From Planctomycetaceae bacterium (GTDB lineage Bacteria > Planctomycetota > Planctomycetia > Planctomycetales > Planctomycetaceae): a stretch of DNA of 41,023 nt. Position numbers and translations under genes: made by a program. Numbering within the stretch: position 1 is the stretch's first letter; the number at the start of each line of letters is the position of its first letter. Below, one piece after another: positions 16,890-24,893 of the stretch. The DNA lies in assembly GCA_041745595.1 (NCBI GenBank), contig JBGTIR010000065.1:1-41023 (forward strand), read 5' to 3'. A model generated the notes under the pieces. The model was not told where the DNA came from, did not search any database, and saw only the letters and a program-made list of their open reading frames with translations.

Positions 16890-16958
16890 CGCGGGTGGGC
16901 CAGTGCCCATTGGAGCCTCATAAGCCTCGATCGCCGGGTGCGACACCCGGACCCGCCA
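16890..16958 (+). tRNA. tRNA-Met/Ile2-like (anticodon CAT), degenerate/non-canonical
   Basis: 69 nt. Six of seven acceptor pairs (CGCGGGT/ACCCGCC+A). Anticodon stem GGAGC/GCCTC with one A:C mismatch, loop CTCATAA. T arm CCGGG-TGCGACA-CCCGG. Compact D arm without GG. It shares the TGCGA T-loop/GG-less D-loop combination with the Ala tRNA. Confidence 0.35.
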
Positions 16959-17049
16959 TTTGGATCGGACCGAGTCCGCAAACTCAGGCAAAGCGATCTC
17001 ATCGCGTAACGGGTGTTTGCAGGTTCGACGCCCGTCTGGGAAGACGCAC

Positions 17050-17137
17050 GGAAGGTAGCCGGATACGGTTGGCCGGGCCGCATTGCTAATGCGGTTCTCC
17101 CGCAAGGGAGATGAGGGTTCGAATCCCTTGCCTTCCG
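17050..17137 (+). tRNA. tRNA-Ser (anticodon GCT), long variable arm
   Basis: 88 nt. Acceptor GGAAGGT/GCCTTCC+G. D stem CCGG/CCGG. Anticodon stem CCGCA/TGCGG, loop TTGCTAA. 18-nt variable arm with a CTCCC/GGGAG stem. T arm GAGGG-TTCGAAT-CCCTT. Confidence 0.7.
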
Positions 17138-17148
17138 CTGGAAAGAAG

Positions 17149-17176
17149 CATTCAGCATTCAGCAGTCAGCGGTCAG
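17149..17176. repeat. imperfect tandem heptamer repeat (CATTCAG)2-CAGTCAG-CGGTCAG in a tRNA spacer
   Basis: Four consecutive 7-nt units seen directly in the sequence between tRNA-Ser(GCT) and tRNA-His. Confidence 0.5.
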
Positions 17177-17227
17177 CCAACAACGGCACGACTGGCCAAC
17201 GACAAAGGACAAAGCGCACCCAATCAC

Positions 17228-17302
17228 GGTGTTCGTGGTGTGGTGGTTTCCGCACGTCGGCTTGTGACGCCGAAGGGAGGGGTTCGATTCCCCTCGGACA
17301 CC
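17228..17302 (+). tRNA. tRNA-His (anticodon GTG) with encoded G-1
   Basis: An extra 5' G (17228) opposite discriminator C73 is the His hallmark. Acceptor GTGTTCG/CGGACAC. D stem GTGT/GCAC. Anticodon stem TCGGC/GCCGA, loop TTGTGAC. T arm AGGGG-TTCGATT-CCCCT. Confidence 0.75.
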
Positions 17303-17376
17303 CATCGCCAGGCGAGCGGGCGGAGACAGGAACGACCTCGTTCGTTTCGCCCTTCCCCTTCGACTGTCTGCTGAAC

Positions 17377-17446
17377 GCGAGCGTGCTCCTGGGAGAGTCA
17401 GCCGTCTCCAAAACTGCTGTATGAGGTTCGAATCCTCACGCTCGTG
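17377..17446 (+). tRNA. tRNA-Trp (anticodon CCA), short D arm, one anticodon-stem mismatch
   Basis: Acceptor GCGAGCG/CGCTCGT+G (G1:U72). Anticodon loop CTCCAAA (identical to the E. coli Trp loop), stem GCCGT/ACTGC with one mismatch. T arm TGAGG-TTCGAAT-CCTCA. 70 nt. Confidence 0.55.
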
Positions 17447-17709
17447 CTTGAGGAGCTCTCTGCCGTCAACGGGCGGCGTTCAGAAAGACTCTCCGATGGC
17501 GGCACGATACCCCGATGCGGTCGCGGGACGAACTCCTCCCCGGTTTCGAACGACCGCCTGTGTGCTTGCATCCGCGACACAGTTCGGCGGGGTACGAAAT
17601 CCTCGTTCCTGGAGTATGAGGGAGAGCATGCAACTCTGCGAAGACGAGCTGCTCTGATCTCTCCAAATTCCGCGAACCTCTCGATCGATTCTCCCGTCTC
17701 TTGTCTTCA

Positions 17710-17726
17710 GACTTCTGACAGAAGTC
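17710..17726. other. perfect 17-bp palindrome GACTTCTG-A-CAGAAGTC (candidate protein-binding site)
   Basis: Seen directly in the 373-nt gap between tRNA-Trp and the degenerate tRNA-like element. A 1-nt loop excludes a simple hairpin, so a dyad-symmetric operator-type site is more likely. Confidence 0.3.
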
Positions 17727-17819
17727 CGTTGAGGTCGTTCGTCCAGCGGCGTGCGAGTCGCCCGGCAGGGTTTGGCGTCGCGCGTTCCGAACATGGAATC
17801 TGACCGGCGACGTCAACCA

Positions 17820-17891
17820 GCTCGGTTCGCTCAATGGTAGAGCACCAGACGATCACTCTGGCTGTTGCGGGTTCGAGTCCCGCACCGACAC
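17820..17891 (+). pseudogene. degenerate tRNA-like element (canonical D and T arms, aberrant acceptor stem and anticodon loop)
   Basis: D arm GCTC-AATGGTA-GAGC and T arm GCGGG-TTCGAGT-CCCGC are canonical. Acceptor GCTCGGT versus ACCGACA pairs at only 5 of 7 positions. Anticodon stem CCAGA/TCTGG, loop CGATCAC (G33, A34). Confidence 0.4.
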
Positions 17892-18346
17892 GTCGGTGAT
17901 GAGCCGACTCCTGGACGCGTGCAAACGCATCCGTCAACGAAGCCCAAAGGAGGCAGAGGTTTGTTCGATCAGCCGTCGTTCGGCGGTGAGCCGCAGAGCC
18001 GGTGGGCGTCAGCTCCCGGACTTCTCGCCGGCCCACGCCGTCGACGGCAGCACGCGGAGACGCCCTGTAGTGCGTCGAGACCGCGAGCGCAGCGGGAAGC
18101 CGGAGAGCGGGCGGGTGGAACGCAACGTCGCGCAGGCACAGCGTGCCGGCGTGCGTTGCCCCGCGCCGCTCAATGACTTTCCACGCGCCCGCGGAAGCGC
18201 ACTCCGCGATCGTCGTGTGTGATCGGCAAATGCTCTGCCTTCGGAGGGCGTTTATCGAAATATGATCGCGGCGATGACGCCGTGTGTATTGCCTCCGCAT
18301 CAGACGGAGGCTGGTTGTCCGCAGCAGGACTCCTGAGAGGTGAGCG

Positions 18347-19468
18347 ATGTTGATGTTCAAGCGTTTCAAAATCCGCAGCTACGAAATGGGACTGCTGTTC
18401 CGGGACGATGAGTTCCGCGGACTGGTCGAGGCCGGCACGTGCTGGTTCTTCGATCCGCTGCACAAGGTCAAGCTCGACGTCGTTTCGCAGCGCGACCCGT
18501 GGCTGATGCACGAGCAGCTCGACTTGATCGTCAAGTCGGGGGCGCTCGAGAACCGCGCCGTCGTGCTGGACCTGAAGGATCACGAGCGGGCCCTGGTCTG
18601 GATCGAAAACCGCTTCAGTCACGTCCTGCCGGCCGGACTGTACGCCTACTGGACGGGTCAGAAGCACGTCCGCGTCGAGGTGATCGACGCCCGCAACGTG
18701 CGGTTCGTTCACGACGAGCTGAAGCTCATCGCCCGTTCGCCGATGGTGCAGCGCGTCCTGGACGTCTGCTCGGTCGAGCGCGATCGCGTCGGCGTCCTGT
18801 TCATTGACGGCCGCTTCGTCGAGACCCTGGCGCCGGGGCTGTATGCCTTCTGGAAGGGACAGTCGGACGCCCGGATCGTCGAGATCGACCTGCGCGAAAC
18901 GATGGTCGACGTCGGCGGTCAGGACATCATGACGGCCGACAAGGTGACGCTGCGGCTCAACGCCGTCGTGACCTACAAGATCGTCGACGCCCGCAAGGCG
19001 GTCAGCCAGACGGACGACGTGCGGCAGGCGCTGTACCGCGAAACGCAGTTGGTGCTGCGCGGCGTGGTCGGCGTCCGGGATCTCGACGTCTTCCTGACGG
19101 AGAAGGATGCCGTGGCGCAGGAGCTCGAAGAGAACGTCCGCCGACGGGCGAACGAGCTGGGTCTGGAAATCGCCTCGGTCGGGATCCGCGACGTGATCCT
19201 GCCGGGTGAAATGAAGGAGCTGATGAACAAGGTCACGGAGGCCAAAAAGGCCGCCGAGGCCAACCTGATCGCCCGCCGCGAGGAGACGGCCGCCATGCGG
19301 TCGCAGGCCAACACGGCCAAACTGCTGGCGGACAATCCGGTCCTGATGCGGCTGCGGGAACTGGAAGTTCTCGAAAAGGTCGCCGCCGCGGGGAAGCTCA
19401 ATATCGTGCTGGGCGAAAAGAACCCGGGCGAGAAGGGGCTGGCCGACAAGGTGGTCAACCTGCTGTAA
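18347..19468 (+). CDS. SPFH/band-7 (stomatin/prohibitin/flotillin/HflK-C) domain protein
   Basis: 373 aa. Conserved SPFH core (GQDIMTADKVTLRLNAVVTYKIVDARKAV...) followed by a charged coiled-coil C-terminus (KKAAEANLIARREETAAMRSQANTAKLLA). GAGAGG RBS before ATG 18347. Confidence 0.85.
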   Translation: MLMFKRFKIRSYEMGLLFRDDEFRGLVEAGTCWFFDPLHKVKLDVVSQRDPWLMHEQLDLIVKSGALENRAVVLDLKDHERALVWIENRFSHVLPAGLYAYWTGQKHVRVEVIDARNVRFVHDELKLIARSPMVQRVLDVCSVERDRVGVLFIDGRFVETLAPGLYAFWKGQSDARIVEIDLRETMVDVGGQDIMTADKVTLRLNAVVTYKIVDARKAVSQTDDVRQALYRETQLVLRGVVGVRDLDVFLTEKDAVAQELEENVRRRANELGLEIASVGIRDVILPGEMKELMNKVTEAKKAAEANLIARREETAAMRSQANTAKLLADNPVLMRLRELEVLEKVAAAGKLNIVLGEKNPGEKGLADKVVNLL

Positions 19469-19720
19469 ACCGGCCGGGAGGCCGGAGACGGGAAAGGAAA
19501 GGTGGGAGCCGACTGACTCGCACCTTTCCCTCCCGACGAATGTCCCCGTCCCAACGACCGACACCCCCGGTTCGAGCCATCGAGTCGGGGGTGTTTTTCT
19601 GCGCCGCGTAACGCGGTGAATGCGACGCACGGAATCCCTTTGGCGACCGAACCTCTTGACCCGCGCGTCAGCCTCCCGGCATGATGGGGACACACCCCCG
19701 CCTCGCTCAGGAGCCCGCCC

Positions 19721-21364
19721 ATGTTGGCCTGCCGATTCGTTCTGTTCGCGCTGCTCGCCGGATCCCTCCTCCGGCCTGCGACGGCGGTCGCAGAGGACTT
19801 CACGCTGGCGCTGCGGCACCGTGTCGAAACGTCCGATAACAGCGGGCGGTTTCACACGCTCATGCGAAATGAAACGTGGAATCCCGCGCGGACGGCGTTC
19901 ATCGTCTGCGACATGTGGGACTTGCATCACTGCCTCAACGCTGTCCGCCGCGAAGGAGAGATGGCGCCGCGGATGAACGAACTGCTGCACCACGCTCGTG
20001 GTCGGGGAGCCGCGATCATCCATGCGCCGAGCGGATGTATGGCGTTTTACGAAGACCACCCGGCCCGGTTGCGGGCGAAGAACATGCCCCTCTCGAAAGA
20101 ACTCCCCGCCGAAATCGGCAACTGGTGCTATCGCATCCCGTCCGAAGAACGCGGGGTCTACCCCGTCGATCAGACCGACGGAGGCGAGGACGACGACCCC
20201 GCAGAACACGCCGCCTGGGCGAAAAAACTCGCCGACATGGGGCTCAATCCCCGCGCCCCGTGGACGCGGCAGACGCAGGATCTCGACATCGACGGCGAAC
20301 GCGATTTCATCAGCGACCGGGGGGACGAAATCTGGAGCATCCTCGAACGGGGAAACATCGACAACGTCGTGCTGCTCGGCGTGCATACCAACATGTGCGT
20401 GCTGGGGCGGCCGTTCGGACTGCGGCAGATGGCCAGAAACGGAAAAAACGTCGTGCTGATGCGCGACCTGACCGACACGATGTACAATCCCCAGCGCTGG
20501 CCCTACGTGTCGCACTTTTCGGGGACCGACCTGATCGTCGAGCACATCGAAAAGTTCGTCTGCCCGACCATCACCAGCGACCAGTTGATCGGCGGCAAGG
20601 AATTCCGGTACTCGAAGGATCTGCGCCCGCACGTCGCGGTCGTGATGTCGGAGGATGAGTACAAGACCGAAGAGACGCTGCCACCCTTCGCCCGGCACGT
20701 GTTGGGGAAACAGTTTCGCGTGAGCCTGATTTTCGGGAGCGACACCGAACGGAACGACATTCCCGGTCTGGACGCCGTCAACGAGGCCGACGTGCTGCTC
20801 GTCAGCATTCGCCGCCGCACGCTGCCGAAGGAACAATTGGACGTCTTCCGGCAGTTCGCCGCGTCGGGGAAGCCGATGCTGGGCATCCGCACCGCCAGCC
20901 ATGCGTTCTGCCTGCGCAATCAGCCCGCCCCCGAAGGACTGGCCGACTGGCCCGAGTTCGACGCCGAGATTTGGGGCGGCGCCTACACAAATCACCACGG
21001 CAACGGTCCGAAAACGATCGTTTCCTACGATGCCGGCGCCGATGCGAGCCATCCCATTCTGAAAGAGGTTCCGCGCGAGGGGTTCGTCGGGCACGGTTCG
21101 CTCTACATGGTGCGTCCGCTGGCGTCGTCCGCGACCCCGCTGCTGATCGGCACGATCGAGGGGAAAGATCCCGAACCGGTCGCCTGGATCAACGCCCGCG
21201 AGGGGGGCGGGAAGTCGTTCTACACCTCGCTGGGTCACCGCCTCGATTTTGAAGAGCCCGCCTTTCGGAGATTGCTGGCGAACGCCGTCCACTGGGCCGC
21301 CGGTCTTCCCCCTCTCGCCGATGTTCCGTCACCCGCCGAACTCGCTCCTCCCGCCCCGAAGTGA
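19721..21364 (+). CDS. secreted fusion protein: isochorismatase-like cysteine hydrolase N-domain + ThuA-like (class-I glutamine-amidotransferase-like) C-domain
   Basis: Signal peptide MLACRFVLFALLAGSLLRPATAVA. Isochorismatase-family motifs FIVCDMWDLHHC and LLGVHTNMCVLG (catalytic Cys). C-terminal ThuA-like signature GGKSFYTSLGH...FRRLLANAVHWAAG. Confidence 0.7.
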   Translation: MLACRFVLFALLAGSLLRPATAVAEDFTLALRHRVETSDNSGRFHTLMRNETWNPARTAFIVCDMWDLHHCLNAVRREGEMAPRMNELLHHARGRGAAIIHAPSGCMAFYEDHPARLRAKNMPLSKELPAEIGNWCYRIPSEERGVYPVDQTDGGEDDDPAEHAAWAKKLADMGLNPRAPWTRQTQDLDIDGERDFISDRGDEIWSILERGNIDNVVLLGVHTNMCVLGRPFGLRQMARNGKNVVLMRDLTDTMYNPQRWPYVSHFSGTDLIVEHIEKFVCPTITSDQLIGGKEFRYSKDLRPHVAVVMSEDEYKTEETLPPFARHVLGKQFRVSLIFGSDTERNDIPGLDAVNEADVLLVSIRRRTLPKEQLDVFRQFAASGKPMLGIRTASHAFCLRNQPAPEGLADWPEFDAEIWGGAYTNHHGNGPKTIVSYDAGADASHPILKEVPREGFVGHGSLYMVRPLASSATPLLIGTIEGKDPEPVAWINAREGGGKSFYTSLGHRLDFEEPAFRRLLANAVHWAAGLPPLADVPSPAELAPPAPK

Positions 21365-21379
21365 AGATTGGACTGGCTC

Positions 21380-24300
21380 ATGCGACTGTGGTGTGCTGCT
21401 GCCGCTCTGTGCGGATCGATCGCATTGCTCTCGGCCGGTGACGAGGATCCCTCGCGCCCTCCTCCGAATCCCGCGGCCTACGCCGACTGGGCCAACCTGC
21501 GCGTGCCGGGAACGTGGGATGAAAACTCGGGTGGCGACCTGTCGAAGTACGACGGGTTCGGCTGGTATCGCTGCCAGGTAATCCTGCCGGGCAACTGGAA
21601 GGACAACGTCGAACTCCTCGTCGCGAAGATCGACAACGCGCACGAAGCTTACGTGAACGGAAAGAAGGTCGGCGGCGCGGGCGCGTTTCCGCCGAATTAC
21701 CAAAGTGGCCTCGACGCGGAAAAGGCTTACGCGGTCCCCGGAGAACTGCTGAAGCCGGGGCCGAACAACGTCATCGCCATTCGCGTGTACGACAACGACG
21801 GCCGCGGCGGTTTCAAGTCGATCGCGCCCGTGCTGAAGCGCGGCGATCAGGCGATCGCCCTGAACGGCCAGTGGGAGTTCCGCACGAGGGACGACGTCGC
21901 CTGGGCGGCGGGCCCGATCAAACTGAGCAGCACGGCGGAGTTCTGGCGGGTGATGCCGACCGAAGAAGCGCTCGCCAACGCCACCGGCAGCGATCCTCCG
22001 CTGTCGCCGTCCGAGGCGCTGAAGACCTTCACCGTTCTGGACGATCTCGCCCTCGAACTGGTCCTGGCGGAGCCCGAGATCAGCCAGCCGCTGTTCATGA
22101 ACTTCGACGAACGGGGACGGCTGTGGGTCATGCAGTATTTGCAGTACCCGTATCCCGCCGGGTTGACGATGGTCAGCCGCGACAAGTTCTGGCGGGCGGT
22201 CTACGACAAGGTTCCCCCCCCTCCGCCGCACCATTTTCGCGGGGCCGACAAGATCACGATTCACGAAGACACCAACGGCGACGGCGTATTCGATGCGCAC
22301 AAGACGTTCGTCGAGGGGCTGAGCATCGCCACGTCGTTTGAACGCGGCCGCGGCGGCGTGTGGGTGTTGAATCCGCCGTATCTTCTGTTCTATCCCGATC
22401 GCGACAACGACGACGTTCCGGACGGCGATCCCGAAGTGCATCTGGCGGGCTTCGGCATGGAAGACACCCACTCGGTCGCCAACAGCCTGCGCTGGGGCCC
22501 CGACGGCTGGCTCTACGCGGGACAGGGGAGCACCGTCTCGGGAAACATCATCCGCCCCGGTCTCGACAAAGAGAAAGACGCCGTCCACTCGCTCGGTCAA
22601 CTGATCTGGCGCTATCATCCCGAGCGCCGCATTTACGAAATCTTTGCCGAAGGGGGGGGAAACACATTCGGCGTGGAGCTCGATTCCCGGGGGCGGATCT
22701 TCTCGGGACACAACGGCGGCGACACGCGCGGCTTTCACTACGTGCAGGGGGGCTATTATCAGAAGGGCTTCGGCAAACACGGGCCGCTCTCGAACCCGTT
22801 TTCGTTCGGCTACTTCGGCCAGATGAAGCACCACAGCGTTCCCAGGTTCACGCACAATTTCATCGTGTACGAGGGGGGGACGCTCCCCGAACCGTATCGC
22901 GGCAAGCTGTTCGGCGTCGAACCGATGCAGGGACAGGTCGTGCAGTCGGACATCATCCCCGAGGGATCGACCTTCGCCACCACCGACATCAACCGTCCGA
23001 TGCGGACCGACGACCGGCGTTTCCGCCCGGTAGACGTCAAGACCGGTCCCGACGGTGCGATCTACGTCGCCGACTTCTACGAGCCGCAAATCAGCCACCG
23101 CGAACACTTCGCGGGGCAGATCGACAAGACCAACGGGCGGATCTACCGGCTGAACGCAAAAGAAGCCCGTCCACCCGGAGCATTCGACCTGTCGGCCAAG
23201 ACGAGCCGCGAGCTTGTCGACCTACTCAAGCACGACAACAAATGGTTCCGCCAGACGGCGCTGCGTCTGCTGGCGGACCGGAAAGATGCGTCGGTGATTC
23301 CGTACATCGCAGAGACGCTCGCCAAAGAGCAGGGACAGTTCGCACTGGAACTGCTCTGGGCGTTGTCCGTCTCGGGCGGACTTAACGAGACGGCGGCGCT
23401 GAAGCTGCTCGACCATGTCGATCCGTTCGTGCGGTTGTGGACGGTGCGGCTCTTGTGCGATGAACAACAGGTTTCCATTCCAGCGGCCTACAAGCTGGCC
23501 GAGATCGCACGCCGGGAATCGCACCTCGAATGCCGCGTGCAGCTCGCCTGTTCGGCGAAGCGGCTCCCCCCCGAGCAATGCCTGCCGATCGTGTTGTCGC
23601 TGTTGACGCACCGCGACGACGCGACCGACCCGTTTCAGCCCCTGTTGTTGTGGTGGGCTCTGGAAGACAAGTGCGGGCTCGATCCCGATTCGGTCGTGCG
23701 GCTGTTCGAGCAACGGGAGATGTGGCAGAACCCGATCGTCGCCGGCACGCTCGTGGAACGCCTGATGCGGCGGTTTGCCCAGTCGGGAACCCGCAACGAA
23801 CTGCTCTACTGCGCCCGGTTGCTCGAACTGGCGCCCGACAAAGCATCGATCGACCGCCTGATGTCGGGTTTCGAGCAGGCTTTCAAGGGACGTTCGCTCG
23901 CGGCGCTGCCGAAGGAACTCACCGCCGCGCTCGCCAACGCGGGGGGCGGTTCGATCTCATTGCGGATTCGCTCGGGGGACGCGGCGTCGATTGACGCGGG
24001 CCTCAAGCTGATCGCTGATGCGGACGGCGACGCGCTCCAGCGGATCGAACTCGTGCAGACGTTCGGCGAAATCGACGAACCGCGGTCCGTTCCCGTGCTG
24101 CTCGACCTGCTGTCCGCAAAGAATTCCGACGACCTGTCGGCCGCGGCACTGACCTCGTTGCAGCGTTATCCCGGCGATGAAGTGGGGAACGCCGTTCTCG
24201 CGGCCTATCCCGCACTCCAGGGGGACGCGCTCGCCGCCGCTCAGACGCTCCTCTCCAGCCGCAAGAACTGGACGCGGCAACTGCTCGAAGCGGTCGACGC

Positions 24301-24889
24301 GGGGCGGGTCGCCGTCGACAGTTTACCGCTCGATCTGGTTCGCAAACTGACGCTGCACGGCGATTCGCGGATTGCCGAACTGATCGCCAAACACTGGCGG
24401 AACCTGGAAGGCGCCTCGTCCGCCCAGATGCAGGCCCGGATTCGCGAGATCGCGAACCTGCTCGAAGGGGAAACGGGCGATCCGTCAGTCGGCAAAGAAA
24501 TCTACATGACCAGTTGCGGCAAGTGTCATCTGCTCTACGGTGAAGGGGGCCGCATCGGCCCCGACCTCACCACGTACAAGCGCGACGATACGCTGAACAT
24601 CCTGATCAATATCGTGAATCCCTCGGCCGAGATCCGGGAAGGGTTCGAGAATTTCTCGATCATCACCGACGACGGTCGTGTGCTGAACGGCTTCCTCGCC
24701 GACCAGGACAATCAGGTCGTGGTGCTGCGCGGAGTCGACGGGCAAAACGTGACGATCCCCCGCAATACGATCGAGGAGATGGCCGCTCAGAAGAAGTCGC
24801 TGATGCCCGAAGGTTTGCTCGACAAGCTCGACGCGCGGCAACTCCGCGACCTGTTCGCCTACCTCCGCGGCTCGCAGCCGATCAACTGA
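21380..24889 (+). CDS. PVC-type putative membrane-bound dehydrogenase/heme-binding multidomain protein (GH2-like sugar-binding N-domain, beta-propeller dehydrogenase-like region, HEAT repeats, C-terminal c-type heme CxxCH)
   Basis: About 1170 aa. N-terminal jelly-roll (WYRCQVILPGNW...AYVNGKKVG), a central region typical of the Pirellula/Verrucomicrobium-type dehydrogenase domain, HEAT-like repeats, and the C-terminal heme motif TSCGKCHLLYGEGG. The first ATG is 21380; the ORF track starts at an upstream TTG 21368. Confidence 0.75.
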   Translation: MRLWCAAAALCGSIALLSAGDEDPSRPPPNPAAYADWANLRVPGTWDENSGGDLSKYDGFGWYRCQVILPGNWKDNVELLVAKIDNAHEAYVNGKKVGGAGAFPPNYQSGLDAEKAYAVPGELLKPGPNNVIAIRVYDNDGRGGFKSIAPVLKRGDQAIALNGQWEFRTRDDVAWAAGPIKLSSTAEFWRVMPTEEALANATGSDPPLSPSEALKTFTVLDDLALELVLAEPEISQPLFMNFDERGRLWVMQYLQYPYPAGLTMVSRDKFWRAVYDKVPPPPPHHFRGADKITIHEDTNGDGVFDAHKTFVEGLSIATSFERGRGGVWVLNPPYLLFYPDRDNDDVPDGDPEVHLAGFGMEDTHSVANSLRWGPDGWLYAGQGSTVSGNIIRPGLDKEKDAVHSLGQLIWRYHPERRIYEIFAEGGGNTFGVELDSRGRIFSGHNGGDTRGFHYVQGGYYQKGFGKHGPLSNPFSFGYFGQMKHHSVPRFTHNFIVYEGGTLPEPYRGKLFGVEPMQGQVVQSDIIPEGSTFATTDINRPMRTDDRRFRPVDVKTGPDGAIYVADFYEPQISHREHFAGQIDKTNGRIYRLNAKEARPPGAFDLSAKTSRELVDLLKHDNKWFRQTALRLLADRKDASVIPYIAETLAKEQGQFALELLWALSVSGGLNETAALKLLDHVDPFVRLWTVRLLCDEQQVSIPAAYKLAEIARRESHLECRVQLACSAKRLPPEQCLPIVLSLLTHRDDATDPFQPLLLWWALEDKCGLDPDSVVRLFEQREMWQNPIVAGTLVERLMRRFAQSGTRNELLYCARLLELAPDKASIDRLMSGFEQAFKGRSLAALPKELTAALANAGGGSISLRIRSGDAASIDAGLKLIADADGDALQRIELVQTFGEIDEPRSVPVLLDLLSAKNSDDLSAAALTSLQRYPGDEVGNAVLAAYPALQGDALAAAQTLLSSRKNWTRQLLEAVDAGRVAVDSLPLDLVRKLTLHGDSRIAELIAKHWRNLEGASSAQMQARIREIANLLEGETGDPSVGKEIYMTSCGKCHLLYGEGGRIGPDLTTYKRDDTLNILINIVNPSAEIREGFENFSIITDDGRVLNGFLADQDNQVVVLRGVDGQNVTIPRNTIEEMAAQKKSLMPEGLLDKLDARQLRDLFAYLRGSQPIN

Positions 24890-24893
24890 TTCC

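Noticed and set aside
16959-17049. A further complete tRNA between the Met-like tRNA and tRNA-Ser(GCT)
   Set aside because: A T-loop-like GGTTCGACG is present, but no 5-bp T stem or 7-bp acceptor stem can be formed. It was left as a possible tRNA remnant and not called.
14883-17411. Numerous 60-230-aa ORFs over the tRNA array (translations containing GFEP, which comes from GGGTTCGAACCC)
   Set aside because: They are produced by reading through tRNA genes. The recurring GFEP peptide is just the translated T-loop, so they are not protein-coding.
18170-21292. 1040-aa ORF on the minus strand spanning the SPFH and isochorismatase-ThuA genes
   Set aside because: It runs antisense to two well-supported + strand genes, is Arg/Gly/Pro-rich and low-complexity, and has no recognisable motif. 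This is a typical high-GC shadow ORF.
21329-23107. 592-aa minus-strand ORF and 341-aa + frame ORF overlapping the PVC heme-binding gene
   Set aside because: These are shadow frames of a 1170-aa gene with strong domain evidence. No motifs.
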